DNA from: Candidatus Sigynarchaeum calidifontis
GTDB lineage: Archaea; Asgardarchaeota; Lokiarchaeia; Sigyniarchaeales; Sigyniarchaeaceae
Reading direction: 5' to 3'
Assembly (NCBI GenBank): GCA_030587475.2
Contig: JAUQYZ020000135.1
Span: 1 to 45,689, forward strand
DNA: 45,689 bases
Position numbers and translations under genes: made by a program. Of the stretch, positions 39,331 to 45,689 are shown piece after piece (within the stretch, counting starts at the first letter, position 1; each line of letters begins with the position of its first letter). The notes under the pieces were generated by a model. That model ran no database searches. It saw nothing but the letters and a program-made list of their open reading frames with translations, and was not told the origin of the DNA.

Positions 39331-39447
39331 ATGAACCAGGCAGTCCCCGATGAAGACGACAACTACTCCGAGATTATGAAGCGCATCCTGGAAGACTTGT
39401 GGACTTCTATAATGGTAGATGCGGCGTTTGTTGACAAGTACCTTTAA
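39331..39447 (+). CDS. Possible small acidic protein (38 aa)
   Basis: MNQAVPDEDDNYSEIMKRILEDLWTSIMVDAAFVDKYL, preceded by GAGGT and followed by a T8 run. Confidence 0.35.
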   Translation: MNQAVPDEDDNYSEIMKRILEDLWTSIMVDAAFVDKYL

Positions 39448-39481
39448 TTATCTTTTTTTTACTAGGACTTGTTGAAAAGCG

Positions 39482-40154
39482 ATGATCTCCCTTCCGATGC
39501 AAGGGAATCCGCGCGTTGCTCGCGATCATCGTCGTCAGCCTTCCTTTTATGTTCTTCTGGCGTGGGGAACCCGTCCCTAGTATCGTAGCAAACCTTGTTT
39601 TCATCGTCATCGCCTTTTATTTCGAGAAACGTAGCCAGAAATCCACGGTAAAGGAGGCGGCAATGCAGATCAGCGAGGAACGCAAGAAGATCCCTCGCGA
39701 CCAGTTACCCCTCTATTTACCCAGGTACAGCGTCCGGGTAATTCTCGTGGCGCTGGTCGTATCCTTGTTCATCAACAGCTACTTCGTGGCCAGCCCGCTC
39801 CCGACCGCGATCAACACCTTCATCGATATCTTAGCCATGGTTGGTTCGTTCATCTTTGGCATGCTCGGGCGTGCCATCGAGGTGAATATGGCCAAGCGGA
39901 AAATATTGAAGCGGAAGAAGAAAACAGGAGAGACCTTGCAGCAGGCTGCCCAGGTGCTCGAACGTGAAAACAAGCTGGTGAGTGCGAGGATCGGGTCATT
40001 CATCGCCTATCTCGTGTGCGCCGCTATGATCATTTCCATGTTCTTGTACACGTTTAAAATTCCATTGCTGCTTGAACTGGCGCCAGGCGTTTCTATCCCG
40101 ATCCGTGAAGCATTGTTTATGTCCGTGAACGTGTATTTCGGGTTCAGGCAATGA
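39482..40154 (+). CDS. Membrane protein with duplicated LPxx(G/S)(I/V)R-TM motif; apparent 1-nt frameshift near the 5' end
   Basis: Open frame 39516..40154 with ~6 TM; ATG 39482 is one base out of frame. Confidence 0.65.
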
Positions 40155-40201
40155 ATCTCAAGATCGCTGGTTTCCAGCCTTCTTAATGCTCTCTTTTTCT
40201 C

Positions 40202-40294
40202 CTATATAGTCTCTATTCATAGCATGAGCCACTATAAACATCGTGTCACTCCGGCGCCAAATGGAGCTATCCGGATTCTATGTCGTAAATCTAT
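40202..40294 (+). promoter_or_regulatory. pstS promoter region with CTATATAG palindrome and repeated CTAT boxes (candidate PHO box)
   Basis: CTAT at 40202, 40213, 40232, 40267, 40278 and 40291; TATA-like CTATAAAA at 40291. Confidence 0.5.
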
Positions 40295-40382
40295 AAAAGA
40301 TGCGCGGCGGTGAACGAGTCAAGATTATCGGATCGAAACGTCCGATATTCTTAGAGATGAAAAATGAATCAAGGTTGATAAT

Positions 40383-41273
40383 ATGTCAGAAAATGCAGGC
40401 AAGAAAATCGCTATCATCGCGGTGGTCGTCGCGGTAGGAATGTTTTTCGCGGGCTTGGGTTCTGGCTACTTGGCCTTCTCCGGCGGCAATCAGGGCGGTG
40501 GCCCGCAGGTCACGACGTTGAAGATATCGGGTTCGACGACGGTCTTTCCCATCGCCACGACGGCAGCGGATGTGTTCATGGACTTGTATCCAATCTATGA
40601 TGTTCAAGTCAGTGCTGGCGGATCGACCCAGGGAATCACAGATGTCGGTAACGGGATCTCGGATATTGGCATGTCCTCCCGGGAAGTGAAAACATCGGAA
40701 CGTACCGCATTTCCAAACTTGAACGTCACTGCTATCGCCAAGGATGGCATCGCCATCATCGTGCATCCGACCCTTACCGTTAGCCAGATGACCATCAAGG
40801 AGCTGAAGATGATCTACAACGGTTCGATAACGAATTGGAACTACTTTGGTGGTCCGAACCATGTGATCCACGTGTATGGCAGGGAAAGCGCCTCGGGCAC
40901 CCGCGGCACGTTCGAGGATCTCGTCATGAAATCGGATTCATCCACTTTCTCCTACGTCTCGGGTATAGTAGAGGTGGCGGGTAGTCCCCAGATGAACACG
41001 ACAATTTCCGGCGATCAATACGGTATCGGGTACATCGGCATCGGGTTCCTAAATTCGCACATCAAGGCAATCGATGTTGCCAAGAATTCGACGGCGCCGT
41101 ATGTCGTTTGCAGCGCCGCAAATGTCAAATCCGGTGCATATCCCCTCGCCAGGAACCTTTACATGATCACGAATGGCCCAATGCCGGTCGCAGAACTCAC
41201 GTTCATCAGCTTCGTGCTCGGTCCTGTCGGCCAGAAGATCGTCGAAAAAGAGGGATTCGTGGCAATATACTAG
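40383..41273 (+). CDS. pstS: Phosphate ABC transporter substrate-binding protein
   Basis: ISGSTTVFP, GGSTQG, DIGMSSR, RESASGTRGTF, YPLARNLY; N-terminal anchor. Confidence 0.95.
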   Translation: MSENAGKKIAIIAVVVAVGMFFAGLGSGYLAFSGGNQGGGPQVTTLKISGSTTVFPIATTAADVFMDLYPIYDVQVSAGGSTQGITDVGNGISDIGMSSREVKTSERTAFPNLNVTAIAKDGIAIIVHPTLTVSQMTIKELKMIYNGSITNWNYFGGPNHVIHVYGRESASGTRGTFEDLVMKSDSSTFSYVSGIVEVAGSPQMNTTISGDQYGIGYIGIGFLNSHIKAIDVAKNSTAPYVVCSAANVKSGAYPLARNLYMITNGPMPVAELTFISFVLGPVGQKIVEKEGFVAIY

Positions 41274-41484
41274 TCCCGAAAGATATTCTCCTTTATTTTT
41301 TATTCCAGTTGCTCCATTTCCTCAACTACCGGGCACGGAACATTGTCCACGTGATCCCGGGCGAATGAGAGACCAGATACTTCCAAGCCATCGACTATAT
41401 AGGCTATATTCCAGCCTATTATGCCCAATAGAAACCTTCGGATCGGCTTAAGAGGTATCTTGCAAGATCCTTCATGACATCGAA

Positions 41485-43455
41485 ATGAGAATCGGTTGCA
41501 TGTTCTCACCGAGGGATGCATCCTTGCTTGCCGTGCCGCGCCTGTCACTCGAAAAAACTAAGGAAACAGCGATCAAAAGCACCTTGGGCGTCATCGCGTT
41601 CTTTGCCATGATTACATTATTCTTGATCATCGCCTTTCTTATCCGGGAAGCGATTCCATTGTACCAGCACGTGAGTCTCGGCGAATTTTTCTTTGGCACC
41701 ATATGGCTACCCAATAGCATTCCTGAAAGGTTCGGGGCACTTCCTATCATCATCGGGACCGTATGGGTCACGCTCGGTGCTATGGTAGTGGCCATTCCAC
41801 TCGGGATCGGATGCGCCATCTTTATCGCGTTCGTAGCTCCGAAAAAACTGCGAGTTTTCATGAAATCTGCCATCGAGCTCCTGGCTGGCGTGCCGTCCGT
41901 GGTCTTCGGGTTTTTCGGGTTGCAAATAATCCTTCCGTGGGTTCGCACCACGTTTGACGTGCCCGGGCAGTCTTGGTTTGCCGCGTCATTGCTGATCGGG
42001 TTGATCTCGCTTCCGACGGTCGTGAGCGTTTCCGAGGATGCGCTCACGTCGGTGGGACGGGATTTATGGGAAGCGTCTGTCGGCGTCGGGGCAACCAAGT
42101 GGGAGACAATCTCCAAGATCATCTTCCCCTCCGCGATATCTGGCATTGGCGTGGCAGTGATCCTGGGCATCGGGCGGGCGATGGGGGAGACCATGGCCGT
42201 GATGATGGTGGCGGGTAACAGCAAGCTCATCCCGATGTCGTTCTTCGACCTGTTCCGCCCGATCAGCACGATCACGGCGACTATCGGCCTCGAGATGGGA
42301 GAGGCACCCCTCGGTTCCGCTCACATGTACGCGCTCTACGGGCTCGCCTTGATCTTGCTCTTCTTTATGCTCTTCGTGAACACCGTGTCGAGCCGAGTGA
42401 CTTCGATGCTGAAGAAACGCATGCACGGCGAGATATCGAGGCGTAATTACTTTTCCCCGAGAGTAACTCGTGTGATAAAGGTAGGTATTGCCTTGGTCGT
42501 GGTCGTGTTGCTGCTTGATCTCGTCGCGGTCAACCTCGGCATCGGCGTGGCCTGTGCGATCGTCGGGACCTGCTTGGGTGCATGGCTCGCTTGGAAATTC
42601 ATACCGCGCGCGGCCGTCCAGTACCTGGCATTCGGCCTGGTAAGCATGGCCGCGGCAATCGTCCTGTTTTTTCTCGGTTACATCATCTACGACATCATTT
42701 TCAAGGGAGCCCCTGTGGTGACGTGGGAATTCCTCAGCACGTTCCCCCGGCGCGGTGGCCGGGAAGGCGGGATTATGCCCGCGATTGTTGGCACGCTCTA
42801 TCTCGTCGGCGGCGCCTTGCTCTTCGCCGTCCCCATCGGGATCTGCACGGCCATCTATTTAAACGAGTACTCGCGCGACATCGGTGCCTCTGGGCGCATC
42901 AAGAAGGTCATCAGGTTGGGTGTTGACAACTTGAACGGGATGCCCTCCATTATCTTCGGCCTGTTTGGCTACACGCTGTTCGTGATCACGTTCGGCCTCG
43001 GCAGGTCCATGCTCGCCGGGCAGCTCACGCTCGGGCTCATGGTCCTGCCGACCGTCATCCGCACGACCGAGGAGTCCCTCCGGACCGTTCCCAACGGCCT
43101 CCGGGAGGCCAGTTTCGCCCTTGGCGCCACGAAGTGGCAGACCGTCTCGAAGGTCGTGCTGCCGGCATCGACTCCCGGAACGATTACGGGGATCATCCTC
43201 AGTATCGGGCGCGCGTCAGGCGAGACCGCCCCGATCCTGTTCACCGCGGCCATCATCTCGTCCCGATTCCTGCCGGATTCCGTCCTCGATCCCGTGATGG
43301 CCCTCCCTTTCCAAATATATGCCTTGACACGCGAGTTCCCCGATGCCGTCGCGCAAGCCTACGGCACGGCGTTCGTATTGCTCGTGCTCGTGCTCGCGAT
43401 GTATAGCCTTGCGATCATCTTGCGCAATTATTATAGAAAAAGGATAAGATTGTGA
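41485..43455 (+). CDS. pstCA: Fused phosphate ABC transporter permease PstC-PstA
   Basis: Two permease domains in one 656-aa frame: ELLAGVPSVVFGFFG..GRAMGETMA (PstC) and DNLNGMPSIIFGLFG..GRASGETAP (PstA). Confidence 0.92.
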   Translation: MRIGCMFSPRDASLLAVPRLSLEKTKETAIKSTLGVIAFFAMITLFLIIAFLIREAIPLYQHVSLGEFFFGTIWLPNSIPERFGALPIIIGTVWVTLGAMVVAIPLGIGCAIFIAFVAPKKLRVFMKSAIELLAGVPSVVFGFFGLQIILPWVRTTFDVPGQSWFAASLLIGLISLPTVVSVSEDALTSVGRDLWEASVGVGATKWETISKIIFPSAISGIGVAVILGIGRAMGETMAVMMVAGNSKLIPMSFFDLFRPISTITATIGLEMGEAPLGSAHMYALYGLALILLFFMLFVNTVSSRVTSMLKKRMHGEISRRNYFSPRVTRVIKVGIALVVVVLLLDLVAVNLGIGVACAIVGTCLGAWLAWKFIPRAAVQYLAFGLVSMAAAIVLFFLGYIIYDIIFKGAPVVTWEFLSTFPRRGGREGGIMPAIVGTLYLVGGALLFAVPIGICTAIYLNEYSRDIGASGRIKKVIRLGVDNLNGMPSIIFGLFGYTLFVITFGLGRSMLAGQLTLGLMVLPTVIRTTEESLRTVPNGLREASFALGATKWQTVSKVVLPASTPGTITGIILSIGRASGETAPILFTAAIISSRFLPDSVLDPVMALPFQIYALTREFPDAVAQAYGTAFVLLVLVLAMYSLAIILRNYYRKRIRL

Positions 43456-43461
43456 ACTAAC

Positions 43462-44364
43462 ATGGAAAACCCCAAGGTATTGGCTGGTGGCAATAGCAAC
43501 CCGCCCGGGTGTAGCGGGACCGCCGACATCAATCATCCCGCTGAGGGCCAGGAAATCCCGAGGGCTCCCGTTCCGATCGCGAACGAAACGGGAAAGGCGA
43601 GTAAAAACGGAGCTATTATCCGCGTCAAGAACCTCAACCTCTGGTTTGGCACGCATCACGTCTTGAAAAATATCAACCTCACCATAGCCAAGCACGCCGT
43701 CACTGCAATCATCGGCCCGAGCGGCTGTGGAAAGAGCACGCTGCTCCGCAGCTTGAATCTCATGAACGGGCTCTACGATGACTGCAAGATCACGGGTGAG
43801 ATCGAGTTCAAGGGAAATAATATCCTTGCAAGACAAGGGGATGTATACGGCATCAGGAAGGCGATCGGGATGGTGTTCCAGAAGCCGAACCCGTTCCCGA
43901 AGACGATTTACGAGAACATCGCCTACGGGCCGTCGATCCATCGCCTCAAGCGACCGGACGAGCCGATGGCGAAACGGGTCGAGCGAGTCTTGAAGGACGT
44001 GGCGTTGTGGGATGAAGTCGCCGACCGGCTTCATAAATCTGCCCTTGATCTTTCTGGTGGCCAGCAGCAGCGGCTTTGTATCGCCCGTGCACTCGCAGTC
44101 GAGCCAGAAGTCGTGTTAATGGACGAACCTTGTTCGGCGCTCGATCCGATAGCCACGACCAAGATCGAGGATCTCATCGCCGAGCTAAAGCGGAACTACA
44201 CGGTCGTGATCGTCACCCACAACATGCAGCAAGCGGCGCGCGTGTCCGAGTACACGGGTTTCATGTATCTCGGCGAGCTAGTCGAGTTCGGCACCACGCG
44301 CCAGATTTTCGAGAATCCCAAGAACCCGCTGACAGAGAGATACATCACCGGCCGATTTGGTTGA
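43462..44364 (+). CDS. pstB: Phosphate ABC transporter ATP-binding protein
   Basis: [49 protein letters not shown]. Confidence 0.97.
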   Translation: MENPKVLAGGNSNPPGCSGTADINHPAEGQEIPRAPVPIANETGKASKNGAIIRVKNLNLWFGTHHVLKNINLTIAKHAVTAIIGPSGCGKSTLLRSLNLMNGLYDDCKITGEIEFKGNNILARQGDVYGIRKAIGMVFQKPNPFPKTIYENIAYGPSIHRLKRPDEPMAKRVERVLKDVALWDEVADRLHKSALDLSGGQQQRLCIARALAVEPEVVLMDEPCSALDPIATTKIEDLIAELKRNYTVVIVTHNMQQAARVSEYTGFMYLGELVEFGTTRQIFENPKNPLTERYITGRFG

Positions 44365-44391
44365 CCGGAAATAATTCACAAAGGGAGAACG

Positions 44392-45042
44392 ATGACCAAG
44401 AAATTTCACGAGGAACTCGACTTGCTCAAGGCTCGAGTGCTCGATATGGGCTCGCTCGCGATATGTTTCCTCGAGGGGAGCGTCGATGCAATGGTCCGGC
44501 AAGATGTCGAGAGTGCGGCAAAGATATTGAATGCCCGCAAGCAGATCATAGACAAGAACAAGAAAATCGAGCAGAAAGCGACGGAATTGCTTACCCTCTT
44601 CCAACCCATGGCTGGCGACATCCGGTTGCTCGTGTCCATACTCAAGATCATCGAGGATCTCGTGCGGATTGGACGGTACGGGAAGGACATCGCGGCGCTC
44701 GTCAACGAGCTTTCACAAAAGCCACACGTGAAAAAAATCGTCCACATCCCCCAGATGCAGCGTTCCGTTGTCGGGATGATCAGAGATGCCCTCGATGCAT
44801 TCCAATCGGGCAATCTAGACAAGATAAAGGATATTGGCGATCGGGATCGGGCGGTCGACGAGTGCAGGCACGAGATCTTCCGCGAATGCCTCACGTACAT
44901 GATGGAAGATCCAACTACGATTACCCGGTGCATGCATTACGTCATGATCGCTCGATACCTGGAGCGATGTGGCGACCACGCCGTGAAAATCGCCGAGCGG
45001 GTCATCTACACCTACAAGGGCGAATACATCGAGCTGAAATGA
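44392..45042 (+). CDS. phoU: Phosphate uptake regulator PhoU
   Basis: QPMAGDIR, DLVRIG, YLERCGDHAVKIAE. Confidence 0.95.
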   Translation: MTKKFHEELDLLKARVLDMGSLAICFLEGSVDAMVRQDVESAAKILNARKQIIDKNKKIEQKATELLTLFQPMAGDIRLLVSILKIIEDLVRIGRYGKDIAALVNELSQKPHVKKIVHIPQMQRSVVGMIRDALDAFQSGNLDKIKDIGDRDRAVDECRHEIFRECLTYMMEDPTTITRCMHYVMIARYLERCGDHAVKIAERVIYTYKGEYIELK

Positions 45043-45043
45043 A

Positions 45044-45574
45044 ATGGTGAAATCGAGAACTTTGCGACGGGTGATCGCGTTCACGTGCACCGGGAATCAA
45101 GCGATCTGCATGATGGCTGCCGGGGTCGCTTTCAAGAACCTTCATGGCGTATCTGTGATTCTTGCGGCCGTGCCTCCCGGGATTGATACACTTGAATGCC
45201 TTCAGAATTGCGAGGGACTCGAGATTCCTTTTTCAACGGCCGTGCAAGTCATGGATGAAATCGGCATCGACATCTCGTCGATCAAGAGGATACAGCTCGA
45301 TGAACGCATTATGAACACGATCACCCACCTTGTATTGATAAATCGTGAAGATCAAGATTCGTGCGTTATACCGGGTCTAGGCAAGCATCGTCGAAGGGTG
45401 CCGATGCAAGTGAGAGAATGGCACGTAGAGGAACCAACTTCCCTTCTCGAATCCTGGCGGAAAGCAAGAACCGAGATCGAATGGCGAGTTAGGGTGTTGC
45501 AGAAAGAACTGGAGATTCCCATGTCCTCTAATTGTGATTTAGATGCTCCGCGATCAATCCAAGCCGTGAATTAA
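45044..45574 (+). CDS. Degenerate ArsC/low-molecular-weight phosphatase-fold protein
   Basis: FTCTGNQAICMMA (P-loop Arg absent), AVQVMDEIGIDIS, W.VEEP. Confidence 0.7.
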   Translation: MVKSRTLRRVIAFTCTGNQAICMMAAGVAFKNLHGVSVILAAVPPGIDTLECLQNCEGLEIPFSTAVQVMDEIGIDISSIKRIQLDERIMNTITHLVLINREDQDSCVIPGLGKHRRRVPMQVREWHVEEPTSLLESWRKARTEIEWRVRVLQKELEIPMSSNCDLDAPRSIQAVN

Positions 45575-45589
45575 GGAGGCGAGCTTTAA

Positions 45590-45689
45590 ATGACCGGCGA
45601 AGCAAAAGAAATCACGGGTGACAAACCGAAGAAAACCAAGGTCATTATCCTCTGCACGGGGAACTCGGCCCGCAGCCAGATGGCCGAGG
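45590..45689 (+). CDS. arsC: Arsenate reductase ArsC / LMW-PTP family protein, 5' fragment truncated by the window end
   Basis: MTGEAKEITGDKPKKTKVIILCTGNSARSQMAE; AAGGAGG at 45573-45579. Confidence 0.85.
   Translation, partial: MTGEAKEITGDKPKKTKVIILCTGNSARSQMAE

Noticed and set aside
1-45689. CRISPR arrays, tRNA/rRNA genes, transposases or integrases
   Set aside because: No regularly spaced repeats, cloverleaf or recombinase motifs were recognised by eye; a tRNAscan/Infernal run would be needed to exclude small RNAs

Overview
Archaeal genomic window, most likely an Asgard archaeon (Lokiarchaeia-like). This is an inference from a eukaryote-type SECIS, a single-domain Get3 and LRR/surface proteins. 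Left to right: (1) a giant multidomain membrane-anchored S8 protease whose coding frame continues past two TAA codons to the window edge; (2) a minus-strand run of Get3/TRC40 ATPase, GNAT, helical protein, LRR protein and two membrane proteins; (3) a ~12 kb flavin-based electron-bifurcation cluster of hdrA(Sec), frhB-like, hdrC/B-like fusion and two [double-FAD hdrA + mvhD] units; (4) a SIS-domain gene remnant and two paralogous HExxH membrane peptidases; (5) a carbohydrate-related region (GH20, clan-D-like hydrolase, SGNH esterase, double HAD phosphatase, arabinokinase-like kinase) plus a PAS histidine kinase; (6) a phosphate locus (pstS, fused pstC-pstA, pstB, phoU, two ArsC/LMW-PTP paralogues). 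The highlight is that the ORF track splits the first hdrA at an in-frame UGA in the DCxxU motif (selenocysteine). A eukaryote-type SECIS lies at the gene's 3' end, and its AUGA core is the gene's own stop codon. The three hdrA paralogues carry Sec, Cys or a Cys-rich insertion at that same site. No rRNA, tRNA, CRISPR array or mobile element was recognised.
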